A DNA stretch of 64,000 nucleotides from Eledone cirrhosa (GCA_964016885.1 OZ024741.1:146258001-146322000); one strand, 5' to 3'. Positions 1 to 13,561 are shown, numbered from the stretch's first letter. Program-made: numbers and translations. The notes: generated by a model not told the origin, from the sequence alone.

Positions 1-3000
1 TGGACCGCCTGAGCATCGGAGCGTGTCCCTTCCACAAAAAGTGAAAGAGCAAACGCTCCAGCGCAGTCGGGCGGGGCTTGGGACAAAGTACGATGGTCCG
101 CTCGATATTTCAGGCATAGTTTCCTCTCGGCCCGTTTCTGGGTGAGAGAAGCCACCCTGCTCGTCACCTCTTCCCAGTTTTTGTCCGTCTGGAGATCCGG
201 ACAGAACCAGACCCCGAGAAATTTAACTGGTCCGTCCGTCCAGCGCCCGACGACGCTGTTGGACGGCATGGACCTGCCTCTCCAGGTGCCGAGCTGCAGG
301 CCCACTGACTTTTCCTGTTTGATCATTGGTCCTGTCACCGCTTCGTATTCTCTTAGTGTAGTGCCGATCGCCTCGATGTGTTTGGCGTTCGACACCACTA
401 CGGTGACATCGTCCGCATATGCTGACACGGATCTTCCCCATCCTAGTTCGCGCGGGACCCCCCTCAACGTCTCCAGTTTGTGCAGTAATGGCTCGAGAGT
501 CAATACGTATAAGAGGGACGAGAGGGGACATCCTTGGCGGACCGAGCGCATGATGTTGAACGGTTCCGAAAGGTGACCGTTCACTCTCACTACAGAGCAG
601 ATGTCGCTGTGCATGGCAGCGATCCAGCCTCTGAAGACGGGCCCAAAGCCAACCGCCCTCAGGACTGCCGCTAAGTAACGATGGTCGACCCTATCGAAAG
701 CTTTCGACCGATCTAAATTGATCAAGGACCCACCCGTGCCAGGTTTCCTAACTACCCTCTCTACGATGTATCGCATGAGGTGGAGGTTGTCGTGGATGGA
801 TCTGTCGGGAATGGCGCATGTCTGCGCCTCTCCCACCAGACCACCAACGACAAGCGCCAACCTATTTGCTAGCACCTTGTCCAAAATCTTGAACTCTGTG
901 TTTAGCAAAGTTATGGGCCTGAAATTATCTATGTTATCCCCCTTGTTCGGATCCTTTCTCAGCAGCGCCACAGCTCCTCGGCTCACAGAGCTGGGAATTC
1001 TCCCGTTCTGTTGCCAGTTGCAGTAGACGTCCGCCAAGAGGCCTCCGAACAAGTCTGGCATCTGTACGTAAAGTTCATAGGGCAGACCATCAAAACCAGG
1101 CGATTTACCCCTTGTGCAGCTAGTCATTGCCTCCCGTTCTTCAGCGGCTGTTATCGGCTTTTCGCAACACTCCGCCTCAGTGGCCGAGAGCCGCGGCAGG
1201 CCGTCGAGGTAGACACTAAAGTCCATCCATCGATCCGGCCCGCCGCTGCCCCCGAACAACTGAGCGAAGTGTCGCTGAAAAGCTTCACACATTTGCCCGG
1301 GATCGAATAGCATGCGCCCGTCGTGGTCCACCAAAGACCGTATCGTGGCTTTGTTGCCACGACGCGTCTCCGCCACTCGGGCCCATTGTACGGCTTTCGT
1401 CCCCTCGTGTCTGAGAGCACGCATCCTAGCTCTGACAACGCAGCCTTCATTGAAGAATTGAAGAATTGGTCAAGGGCCAATTTCGCCGCAAGTACGTCGT
1501 CGCGATACCTTTCCTAAGCGCCTCGTCTAATTTTCTAACTAATTCTCCCTCTGCTCTATTTTTCTCTATTGCTAAAGCCTTACTAAACCTAATGGACTCT
1601 ATTCTAATTGCTCTTTTCAGAGCAAACCTACACTTGTTGTTGACGATGGTCCTCGCTAATCCGGTCTCTGTAGGCCTTGCGCGCTGGTAAGGACGCGTTT
1701 AGCTTCCAGTAGCCGGGTCCTCGTTATGAAGCCTATCTAAGTCAATCACACAGATCACGAATTTGTGGTCCGTGTAGCTGACTATCTTGAATTGTGGACA
1801 GCCTATGCTAGACCTATCTATTTCTCTACAAAATACTCTATCTAGATATGATCTGGATGACCCTATGCGATTTGTCCAAGTTGACATTGGCACATTCGGG
1901 AAATCCAATCGGTACCTGTCAGACAGTTCAAAACACCTGAGCAGGTTGGTGAGGCTCTTGCACCCTCCTCCCCTATCCGCTAATCCCACAGTCCCAGCGT
2001 GCATCTAAGATCCCGTTCCAGTCGCCCACTAACACTAAAAAGAGGGACGTTCCAAGAAAGTCTCCAGACGCCGGAAGAAATCAGGCCGCCCTGCTCCTGT
2101 CGGGGCATAGACGGCCACTAGCCTGAAAGCTTGCCCGTCTCCGCTGGTCACGTCTAGCACCAACAACTTACCTTCAGGGTCCTGGAAGATGGCCCGTATG
2201 GCGAGATCCAAACGTCTCCGAAAAAGCACAATAACTCCTCTCCCCCCGATCCCGGACGGCTGGGAGATGCGTACACATCGTGGTGATGGTGGTGCTAGTG
2301 TGAGTGGTGATGGTGTTGGTGGTGTTGCTGCTGTAAGTCTCTTTGCAGTAGCCTTTACCCTTTTTTCATTTCTTTCCTCCCGTTTCGAAGGCGACGATGC
2401 GCTGCTTCTGCGTTTGTGCCTTCTTACGACCTTTTGCCATCCCTCTCCCACCTCACACTCCATGTCCGATTCTGTGAAGTTGGGGAGGGGTACCAGTTCC
2501 ACTCTTTCACTTGTTGTTGTTGGTGATGTTTGCAGTGGAGTCTCTGTTGCAGCTGCAGTTGGTATTGCTGTTGTTGTTGTTAATACTTCCACTGCTGCTG
2601 CTGTTCTTGATTTCCGTGGCGTGGGTATGGGTGCCACGGACCTAACCTTCCTGGTTGCCGCCTGTCCTGTTGCTGGTAGCAGTGGAGCCGGTTTCGGAAA
2701 GAGGGGGGTTTTCTCCTTTCTCATGGTCTTCTTATTGCAGAAGGCCCTGAGGTGAGTCTTCGATCCACAGCGAAAGCATTTCGGGCGTTTTTCCTCAACA
2801 CTTATGGGCAGTTGAGTGCCGTTATCGAAGTCTATCACATCCGGGATAGCTTAGATGCACTCCTGGTTGGTTTGGATTAACATCTCAATGGAGGTGCCGA
2901 CCCAATCATCTCGTACTTTTTTCTGTACTTGCAGTACAGTTGTTTTGTCCTCGATTCCGACGAGGACAGACGCAGCCAGCCAAGAAGGGGCCATCCTGGG

Positions 3001-4140
3001 GAGGACGTGGGTCAGTTCGAGCCTCACAATTTTTTGTCCGCAGTAGGAGGGCACCAACACCATTTCCTCGCCCCTTAGGTTCACTAAGGATTGAGCCTTT
3101 GCCTCCTGGAGTGTGGCAAAAAGCACGTCCACGGTGGCATATTTCTTTCCTCAGGTGATATGCGTTTTCCGCTGCTACACACACCCTAAGGCTTTTTGTA
3201 TTTGAGCCTCTGTCGCTCTTTCAACCCTACAGGATTTTGTGCTTACTGTACGGTACATGACCGTACAGTGCTGTTGGGTTTCGAAAGATTTTTCGGCTGC
3301 TTTGCAGATTGCTCGGTGTCCGGTTTTCGTCACCATCTTCTTTGCTTCCTGTAATTCCTCATTTGTTATAAGGATGGTTTCCAGGTTCTTTGCGATACCT
3401 GCAATCGAGATTGGTTTTTCTTTGTTGTTGTTGTTATTGTTGTTGTCGTCAGAGCTGCTGTTACTTTTGTTGTTGCTGCTGGTACTACGACTGCCGCTGT
3501 TGCTATGGTTGTTGTTGCTGCTGCTGCTGTTGTTGTTGCTGTTGCTGCTAATGCTGTTGTTGTTTATGCTGCTGCTGCTGATGCTGTTGCGGCTGCTACT
3601 GTTGTTTTCCTTGTCACTGTTGCTGCTACTGCTGTTATTACTGCTATTATTCACGACATCAGACGAATGAAATGGCTTTCCGTATTTACCGCACACATTT
3701 TCCGTCGTTGTCGTCGTGGAGAAATGTTCCACGTTTTGCACGTGCTCTTGGAAACTATCAGAAACTATATTTTTCTTTACTGGCGTCGCTTGCGAAAGAG
3801 AAGGGAGGGAGAGAGACACATTTAGAGAAGGGAGGGAGAGAGACAATCTTCTCTCTGCTGTAGTGACGATTGAGGAAGAAGACGGAATGAGTAGGAGTGA
3901 CTTGTGAACATTCTTTTCTGTAGCCATGTTTTTTTGTTTAAAATAAATATTGGGCACAAAACCCCAATAAGCCGTTATTTAACCCCGAAGGGCCAAATAA
4001 CGGGCAGAAAGACCCCTCTCACGAGGAGGAGGGTGTTTTTGAATACAATTTGGTTAAAGTTTTAAACAATTTACAATTGTTATAGCGGTTAAAAATTACA
4101 ATACCTTACAGAGCCGAGCCTCCGTCAACCATGGCATTCA
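1..4140 (-). mobile_element. Tx1/L1-group non-LTR retrotransposon, copy A (degenerate; 3' part runs out of the window; internal deletion at ~2280)
   Basis: The minus strand carries ORF1 pieces (3175-3957, 2851-3132, CCHC knuckle CFRCGSKTHLRAFC in 2035-2838), followed by APE motifs (RLVAVYAPTGAGR, SYLDRVF, YTDHK) and RT (FRPITLLN, SVRQGCPLS, AYADDVT region near 400-430). The 5' end abuts (AAT)n at 4140-4160. Confidence 0.93.
2280..3957 (-). pseudogene. Tx1-type ORF1 (Asn/Ser-rich N-terminus, RRM-like core, CCHC zinc knuckle, Pro/Thr-rich tail), frameshifted
   Basis: ORF pieces are homologous to ORF 56935-58425 (ATEAQIQKALGCV, VDVLFAT, LVPSYCGQKIVR, QLPISVE..RPKC). Confidence 0.88.
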
Positions 4141-4504
4141 ATAATAATAATAATAATAATTGTTTCTACTTTAGGTACAAGGCCAGCAATTACCCAGTGC
4201 ATTACTGGTACTTTATTTTATCGACCCCGTAAAAATTACAATACCTTACAGAGCCGAGCCTCCGTCAACCATGGCATTCAATAATAATAATAATAATAAT
4301 TGTTTCTACTTTAGGTACAAGGCCAGCAATTACCCAGTGCATTACTGGTACTTTATTTTATCGACCCCGTAAAAATTACAATACCTTACAGAGCCGAGCC
4401 TCCGTCAACCATGGCATTCAATAATAATAATAATAATAATTGTTTCTACTTTAGGAACAAGGCCAGCAATTACCCAGTGCATTACTGGTACTTTATTTTA
4501 TCGA
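4091..4504. repeat. 140-bp tandem repeat, ~3 copies (LINE 5' end + (AAT)n + SINE 3' tail)
   Basis: Unit aaaaattacaatacc...tcgaccccgt starts at 4091, 4231 and 4371. The copies are nearly identical (ggtacaa vs ggaacaa in the third). Confidence 0.95.
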
Positions 4505-4611
4505 TGAAAAGCAAAGTTAACCTGGCAGGATTTGAACTAAGAATGTAAAGGGCCATTATTCCTATACTGCAAATCATGGTGTCTGACGCTCTACAGATAC
4601 TGCCAAACCAC
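4421..4611 (-). mobile_element. tRNA-derived SINE with (ATT)n tail
   Basis: Reverse complement matches the SINE at 46586-46746: head TGGCAGTATCTGTAGAG, B-box-like AGTTCAAATCC, tail GGCCTTGT.CCTAAAGTAGAAACAATTATT. Confidence 0.8.
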
Positions 4612-5170
4612 AGAATTTGGTCTTGACAAATGTGCCAAAGCAATGTTTAAATAAGGAAAGCTAACAAAACAATCATCTGTTAAACTCGATATACATACAA
4701 CCATACAGGAGTTAGTCCCAGAAGATACCTATAGATATCTTGGCATAAATGAGGGTGATGGAATTAAATATAATCAAATGAAGGAGAAAATATGTAAAAA
4801 GTATTACAGAAGAGTAAAGTTGATCCTGAAAACTGAACTAAATACTAAAAACTATTTCCAGGCTATAAACATATTAGCTGTACCAGTGGTATGATACTGT
4901 TATAACATCATCAATTGGAACTTATCTGATAATCAAAGAATGGACTCAAAGACAATTTACAGCCAACAAAATGCATCACCCCAAGGCAGACATAGATTGC
5001 CTATATTTGCCAAATCAACAGGAACTATCATACTAAACAATTACAAATATACCTAGGCTTACAAATATACCTAGGGAGCACCAATGATTGGATGATCATG
5101 TTAGTAAGAAAATACAAAAATCAAAAGAAACTCCATTCAGTACTCAAAGAAGCAGGAAGGTACAGGAAAA
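4612..5170 (+). mobile_element. R4/Dong-clade non-LTR retrotransposon RT remnant
   Basis: Conceptual translation EFGLDKCAK...EDTYRYLGINEGDGIKYNQMKEKICKKYYRRVKLILKTELN...AINILAVPVV parallels the R4-type protein at 63422-63928. Confidence 0.75.
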
Positions 5171-5689
5171 CTAAAAACTGAAAACATACACCTAAATAAT
5201 GAAGCTGACCTAATTCCAATTAAGGTTTCATATATTTTTTCCCATGGAACAGACTCATAAGGACCATTCCAAAGTTTATCTTCTACTAACGTTTTGAAAA
5301 GTTCAACATTTTAACATTTTAAGGAGAAAGCAAAAGTCAGATGACAACTTGTCTATTAGATGCTAGTAGCATTAATAACAGGTTGAACTTTGCTGTATGG
5401 TTACAGAACACAGCACAGACAAAAACAAACACAATAACCACACCTGTTATTATGGTTACAGAATTTTGCAGTGGCAAATACAAAAACAGGATGTTTATAC
5501 AAGGGGAGGGAGAATTTGCAAAAATGAATAAAGAGACTGATCAATAGACATTAAACAAGAAATATAAACTATGGAAGAATGGATTCTATACAGTAGAGGA
5601 ACAGTTAAAACAGAGGATTCGGTTGAAAAGCCAGAAGATATGTGAATAGAAATAAGCAGTTCACAGAGAATAGATTGTCCTATATTATT

Positions 5690-6900
5690 TAAAACAACTC
5701 TTCCAAACTTTGGAAAGAGACAATGGGAAGGATGCTGTTCTTAATGCTTACCAAGCCAAGGAGTTCTGAAGGGGATAGCAAGAGGATAGAAACCATCAAG
5801 GCAAAATTGCAAGGAAGAAATAAACAAAGAGATATCACTATAAGCACAGTTGTTGGCCAAGATACCAAACTGGAAAGGTTCCAGAACCTTTCCAGTTTGG
5901 TATCTTGGCCAGATGGGATCTATGGCTTTTGGTTAAAGAGGTGCAATGTGGTTCAAGAAATACTGGCAACTCAATTGAATGAATGTGTCAAGAGAGGTGC
6001 AGTTCTCTCTTGGGTGGTAACAGGAAGAACAACACTTATAATAAAAGATAGAAGGGGAATGTTGTGGGAAACTGCCATCCCATAGTATGCCTGAGCATAA
6101 TATGGAAGTTACTTACTGGGATATTTGCAAAGAAGGCATATACTTTTCTTTTACGGGAAGGAATAGTACCAAGAGAACAAAAATAATGTAGAAGATCTCA
6201 TGGCAACAAGGATCACATGTAAATTGATAAGACAGATTTGAAAAACATGTATACCATCAAACCAACACCATACCTTTAACAGAGCACATGATATGGTGCC
6301 TCATTCTTGCATTATTGAATGCCTTCAGATGTTTGGTATTGCTGCCAACATCACAATTTTTAGAGTGGAAGACCATGTTGTACTTGTCAATGTATTCCTT
6401 TGAGAAGTAGAAATTAAAAGGAATATCTTCCATGGTGACTCATTTTCACCATTACTATTTGTCATAGAACTTATACTTATAACACTGGCACTTGAGAAAG
6501 TTAAAATGGGTTAGCAATATGGAAAGAAAAGACCAATGATAAACCATCTACTGGTAACCTTTGGAGAAGTGAGGAATTTATGGAGCTTGATAGAAAGAAC
6601 AGGAAAATGATGACACTACAAGGGGCTCTACACTTCCAGTGATGTGGAGAAGTTATATTTATTATCACTGGGAGGAGGAAGAGATCTCAGTAGCTGTGAA
6701 ATGTGTGTGAAGTCTGGGGAAAATAATCTGGTATGGTATGAAAAATACTTAAAAGGAGCGATTGATGGCAGGAGTAAGAAAAGGAAAATAGAGAATTTAA
6801 ACAAGATAAACAGAATGACACCTTGAATAGATAGAAAGAGAAAAGAATGTATGGTCAGTTCTTGTGTGAAATACCTGAGCCAGTTGATGAAGTCACTGTA
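5690..6900 (+). mobile_element. R4/Dong-clade non-LTR retrotransposon RT remnant (heavily degraded)
   Basis: IPNWKG..PDGIYGFWLK, WVVTGRTTLIIKD, DMVPHS, IFHGDSFSPLLFVI and VEKLYL...GGRDLSSCE motifs, with many stops and frameshifts. Confidence 0.75.
5854..5911. repeat. Perfect 28-bp inverted repeat with 2-nt loop
   Basis: tggccaagataccaaactggaaaggttc-ca-gaacctttccagtttggtatcttggcca. Confidence 0.97.
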
Positions 6901-9900
6901 TTTCCATTAATGGAAAATTTGAAGGGATTTAATAAAATGTTTATTATTTCATTATTAAGATAATATCTGTAATATAAAAGGTTTCATTTTGCTGGAAGGT
7001 TTTATTTTAAATAGTAATTCTTTAAAATGTGTGGTTTTGATTGGGCTGATATCAAAAGGGTTAATACAAGTAACTAATTGAAACTTTGTTGTAGCTATTA
7101 TTAGTAACTACAACATAAGGTAAATTAATTCAGTTATCTCTCAAACTTTCTTCACAACATCCATTACCTAATTGCTGTCATCTTCAACAGCTCACATGCC
7201 TAATCACATAGAAATGGGTAGCAGTTTATCTCTCCATCTTTATTTAAACTTCATTCATACATAACCATAAATCCTTAACCAAAGACCTTGAAATCATACC
7301 ATAATAAGGTCATGATAACCCTATCATATTTAACATGAGAACACACAAGCTGTGTATCCCAAGAAAATGTTCTCTCATCAATGGATTTTCCCTACTTATG
7401 ATTACTTCTGATTAAATCTATTAAACATACTTATAACCTCACACATAACCATACAACATTCTTACAGATTCTCTTTTAGGCCCAGGATATACTTCAATCT
7501 TCAAAACCTGCTAATCATAAATAAGCTGGTAGTCTTTAGGGCTTCAGATTAAAATCTTTGCAGTATTTGCTAAGGCTCCCTGCTATCTAACTTCAAATCC
7601 TGTTTAAGTCAACCCCACCTTTTATACTTTCATGGTTAATAAATAAGAGATTGGGAGAATGTTAATGCATTGGGCATTAGAGAAGAGACCTTGCAGTATT
7701 TCTGTTTCAGTTCTGTGTATTATGAGTTCAAACGCAATCTCCTGACACTGTAAAAATCTCAAGTCCTTTGGGATTTGTCAAAATGGTCATAGCTTCAGGA
7801 AAGACCTTAAATAATTCCCCAAATATTTCAACTTACCATTCTCAATGCCAACACACCAACTGTCAGGGGAAGATGGAAGGGAAGATTCAACTCTTGTATA
7901 CACTCTCTTCTGATTATACTCTGCACCCATATTTGACCATACACATGGCTGAATTAATGATTAAGCAAAATAAACACATGCTTGGAGCATCAGCAGAAAA
8001 AGGCACCATTTTCAATGTCGTCCTATAAACGCTAGCCTACAACTAGTCAAGGTAAACACTAAGAGCATTAACTTCATCTAACTCTCTCTACATTATACTC
8101 TAGGTGGCTGATTCATAAAAATGAACTTCCACTCGTTGATATAGGTATGACAAAGGCTTTGCTGCATAACTATATTGTTGCAGTAAAAAAAAAAAACTTA
8201 TGGATATTAATGATGAAAAGCTAATAATGAATTTGTATTTTATCAAAAGATGTGATGGCCTTATAAAACTTTTATGTTCACACGAAATTTATGTTAAAAT
8301 AAAACCCTAAAAACTGAAGAAATGAATTTGGGCAGTTGAAAGTCTGTGATAATGGCTTCAATTTTCCCACAAATATGTCAGTAATTGCTGAAAAAGTCAA
8401 ACTCTAATCACAACATCAAAATCTGACTGATTTAATTCAAAGTTATTCTCAGATTTAATAGTCTTCTTTCTTGTACTAATTAGGTAGTTCATGGAGTTCA
8501 AAAGTATCAGTATTACCGAGTATATTTGCTGCAGTCCATTGCAATCTAGCTAATAATGTACAATGTAAATCTATTAAACAATTTTCTGCATTTTTAAAAA
8601 AGAAATATAGTATAAACCTCAAAGGCAAATCTAGCAATTTTCTACATGTGGTAGAATAAATCTTATTAATTCAAATTAAGGATGGACTGATGCTTTTCCT
8701 TCTTGTTTTAAGGGTTTCATTCCCAGAACAGTAATAGCACTCATACCAATCAAACAATATTAAATGGTACGCTACTATAAAGGGATATGTTAATTTGTGC
8801 CAGAATAATTTCAATTCTTTTATATTGAAGATAGATCAATAAGCAATGTGTTTAATGATAATTTATAAGTCATGCTACACAGAACAAAATATTTCTTGAA
8901 AACATAGCAATTATGAACACATATAAAGTCTACTGATTAACCATTAAGTTGGCAGGAATGGAAAGAGGTTAATTATTTCCTAGTTACAGAGACTTGGTTA
9001 AGAAGTGAAACATCTATTAAAAGATGGCAAAATTTAGTATTGGTACAATAATAAAATACACCTAGCCAAGTCTGTTAAGTGGTCAATTTGGTTTCACAAC
9101 AAAACACATTAAACCTACTCTCTAAAGCGGTAGTGACAAAATACACACTGTAATTCAGTCATAGAAATGAAACTAAAATTGGAATGTATGGGCATGATGT
9201 GGTCATCTGACCAGTCCAGCCTTAGAACATGACAACCTGTCAAACCTAAGCAAGCATGGACTTTAAATAGTGATGATAAGGAGGAGGAGAATGAAGAGAA
9301 TGATGATGATGGTGGTGATGAATTTTATTCTTCTTTTTCACATATTAGGAAACTATTTTCAAATGTCCTTCAGAGCTTTGTGGTAAAACCTTTACACAAA
9401 AATACGTTCATTCTGAAGAGATCTACAATCTGATTTTGATTATCTTTCCTGCATATATTTGGTAAAGATAGGGACCTTTTACAATTCTTTTAATGTAATG
9501 TAAATTTGAGATAAAATGTTTTGATGGGAATTTATGCAAACTCACAAATTGTATGTTCAGGTAAAAGGGTAATAGAAAATTAAACTAACAGAAATGGTTT
9601 TGTATATAATTGAGAATATTCATGAAGTAGAAAATGTTTTTATTCTAAGAAATAACCTGTCAACAGATCAAAGGTTGATATTTGCTCAGAGGAAATTTAA
9701 ATTTTCATAAAAATATGAAGATATAGAAAATTCGGAGAAAAAAAATCTACAAATCCTTCATAACTAACTTTAATTTTTAAAGATTGCATTACTCTAATGT
9801 TTACAAAGAAAAATATATTCAAGCTTCTGTTATGTCAGGACAAAACTATTGATTTTTCATAGATTTCAAAACAAAATATCTGTGTAAAATATACAGAATA

Positions 9901-10699
9901 TAGTTCTTAAGTTGTTTTATTTACTACATTGAACTCATCTATTGCAGGCATTTGATGCTGAAGACCATGGTTAATCATCTAACTATGAGAGCAGCCTGTG
10001 TTATCTGCAATTAGCCAATGTGGACAGGTTAGCCTACAGCCAACACAGAAAATCTGGCAAGTAGATCGACAGTTTAACCCATAATTGTAAGATCATGAGT
10101 TTGATTCCCAGCAGTGCATTATCCCACATTGTGTCACATTGAATCTTCGAGATAACTATGTTAAGGATGTCACATGGGAATGCTCAGCAGTTTGCACATT
10201 AATTTCACAAGCAGGCTGTTCTTTTGATTGAATCAGCTGGAGCATTGTTCACCAGAAATAATAAAGGTCCAATCATATATACAATATAGATATGAACAAA
10301 AAACAAGCTACTGTCCCAATATTATGTCAGTGGCTTGAAGAATATTTACCATATTTATTCATTGTTTGTCATCATTTTATATCCCCTTTCCATATTGGAA
10401 AGGGTTGAATGGCTTGTTATAAACTAAGTCAGTTCTTATCTAATCCTTTAAATACCAATCTGCTGAAAACTGCTTTTGCTGCTATGGTACAAATTCATCT
10501 ATTTTAAACAGTTCCAAAATGAATTTAAATTTTCCAACATAAATTGATATAATAACCGTTATATTAGAAATGTCTTCTTAATAATTGAAATAATTTCAGT
10601 AAATCCCTCCAAATTATTCAGTAATTAAATCAAATAGGTCTATTTTATTAAAAATATGTTAATGAACATATCGAAGTTACTGGGGACATTTCATCATGA

Positions 10700-11400
10700 T
10701 ACAAACACTAAAGACTACTACGGTTGTCACTGATAAGTTTCAGAGTGGGCTATACTAACTAATGTTTCTATATCTATTATAACTTGGTGTCATAGGTTGG
10801 GAGGCTTTTTAAGTTAACTTATCTATAAAAAGTACCTTGGATAAGGTATCATTTCAGTATTCTGAAGAAGCTTTAAGTATTGTTCATTAATAGATAGCTG
10901 GGGGAGCATCAGGCATAATATTTCAAAATAGTTTCTAGCAATATTCTTATGGTGATAATAGTGCAGGTTGATGTAATCTATTGGGTTTGTGGAATGGAGA
11001 ATACAGGGATATTTTTAGGTTTAGTGAATCATCAAGAAATTTAACGCTAATAAGGTTTGTATCCACAGTGATTTACAATTGTAGGTTCATGAATGATCAT
11101 TATAAGATTTTTTTGTAAGATTTATTTGTGGAATAATGTTGTGATGTATCAGTAGACCATCATGTGGGAATAATACTCTATCTATACATGAGAAATTAAT
11201 CTTAAAGTTCTGTAGAAATTATAATCTGATCAGGTTACTGACCTCTACTGATGTTAGTGTCCAGGCTTCCATCAAAGGGACTATTACAATTCTTATTGAT
11301 CCAGAAAGATCCATCAAAGTACACCCAATAGTTTTCCTTAAATGATGAACAATATCAGTCATCATCTGAAATAGTGGTCATTGATTCGGCAGAGTTGAGC
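10700..11400 (-). mobile_element. Penelope-like element RT remnant (very degraded)
   Basis: Minus-strand peptides MGSLD..VEVSNLI, HDGLLI and VKFLDDSLNLKISLYSPFHKPN resemble PLE RT motifs (MGSYDGAEVCEL, RDDGL, VNFLDVTLNL...PYRKPN). Confidence 0.55.
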
Positions 11401-12649
11401 GCTTTAATCAAAAGTGGTTTAGTGATGGATGTTTAATAGCATTCTGGGTTGAATTGTAAATATCAGATAGTGTTTTTATCATTTGCATGCGTGTGTGCAT
11501 GCGTGTGTGTGTTATCTTAGATCTTTTCCTTCTGAGTTCAAATTTTGCTGGGTCAGCTTTGCTTTATTTAATACTACCCTTATGGGTAGTATTAAATAAA
11601 GTGTACCAGTTAAGCAAAATTGTTGGTGTTGTACCTAAATTAGAAACACACACACAATGTGTGTGTGTATGTGTTATTTTTATAGATCACACCTATGTAG
11701 GTTTTGCTGGCCTCCTATGAGGTCGCATCACATAGATTTCCTGGGTGCTTTTCCTACTCTAAATAGAAATCATGATAACAAGAGCCATACAAGTAGTGAC
11801 TGATGACAATATAAGGAATCATAAGAATAAATCTAAAAAGGTGTATAAAAAGTCATAATCCCCACCCCCTCCTCAGTAAAATACAGGAATAGAATAACAA
11901 GTGACAGGTGAGAGAAAAATAACATGTGAACAAAATCTTGAAGGAGAAACAAGACATAAAGACATAGATGCATGCACATACACACACACATTTGCCAAAC
12001 ACATAAGCCTGTGGAATTAGCAACACACAAAGATACACACACAGACACATATATACATGCATCCACAGACCACATACACATGACAAAAAAGCAAAATCGA
12101 GTAAATAGGTCAAAATCAGAACAAATAGGATACACAGAGGAGCAAGAATAGTGATTGACAAGGTCACAAAATGTTTGACAAAAGAGCTTTGACAATTAAA
12201 TATGACAATTAAGCAACCATCCAGTAAACTTAACTAACTGGTGTCTGCTTTTTTAATGTCAGCATGATCCTCCCAAAGAATAACAATATAGTTTCAATAT
12301 ATAATTTCAAGACTCTGGCAAAATATATACAAAAGCCAAGTACATACCATAGATTATTTCTATAAGTATATATTTCACAATCACATGCCCAATTGTTTCA
12401 GTTCATATTTCTGTTATGCATACCAAAGATGCTGATCGAAATATTCGATGGTTATATATCATTCTTTGAATATTAAAAGATACCTATGATGAATGCTCTG
12501 ATGAGCTCTCACATTTTCCATTAAGTCAGCTTTCTTCTATGCATGTATTTCATTTAAATTGCAGTTTATCTTTCCATTTTATAGCTGTGTGCATTAATGC
12601 ATATTCCATTTTACATAATTCCTATCAAAGAAAATAGTAATAAAAGGTA

Positions 12650-12715
12650 ATGCTATACAAACATACAGACATACACACGCACGCGTATTTGTGTATATGC
12701 ATATTTGTAGGAGCG

Positions 12716-12747
<32 letters not shown>

Positions 12748-13040
12748 CATACACACACACACATATATATATAGATATAAATATATGTATATATATTGAT
12801 ATAAATATATGTATATATGTATATACAATATTTATATCATTCATATATATATATATCATATATATATAGATATAAATATATGTATATATGTATATACAAT
12901 ATTTATATCATTCATATATATATATATCATATATATATATATATATGTACAATATTAATATTATATATATATACTATACACACATATATATTAATATGTA
13001 TGTATGTGTATATATATATATGTGTGTGTTTTTGTGTATG

Positions 13041-13138
<98 letters not shown>

Positions 13139-13150
13139 AATATGTGTGTG
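12650..13150. repeat. (TA)n/(TG)n compound microsatellite
   Basis: Direct reading; includes a ~70-bp internal duplication (12770-12870 vs 12870-12940). Confidence 0.95.
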
Positions 13151-13518
13151 TACCGTTACATATTGGATAAGTGGTGATAGAAATCTACACTAATGGAAGA
13201 ACAAAGATAGATTTAATATAAGTATACACCAAAAGTTAGAACTCTATGTGTTATATATAAAAGAACTATATAATTAAAGTTTTCGCTCATGCATAGTGGT
13301 ATACATGTAAGTATTTGAATTTTGTATATCTAATAATATATGGTATCTTTACAAATAAATATTTGGAAAGCCTTCTATCTATTATTGTAAAACTGATGGC
13401 TATCGCCATCTAGCACATCCAGCAGAATTAGTGGGGACAAATGGCAACACGTTTCTGGCTCGCCCTGTCATCAGGACAGTACTTCCCCTGCTCCAGAACT
13501 ACAAAACCCTGTGCCTTC

Positions 13519-13561
<43 letters not shown>

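Noticed and set aside
3239-3825. Poly-Leu and poly-Val/Ala ORFs (also 47796-48431 and 57018-57602)
   Set aside because: Antisense readings of AAC/AGC repeats in Tx1 ORF1.
4091-4504. Possible CRISPR-like array
   Set aside because: Units are identical end to end with no unique spacers, the context is eukaryotic, and there are no cas genes.
8476-8570. Possible minus-strand terminal exon (LHCTLLARLQWTAANILGNTDTFELHELPN*)
   Set aside because: Weak acceptor, no recognisable homology and no partner exons.
13440-13490. Minus-strand CTGATGA...GAAA hammerhead candidate
   Set aside because: Stems I and II do not pair convincingly; at best a decayed remnant.
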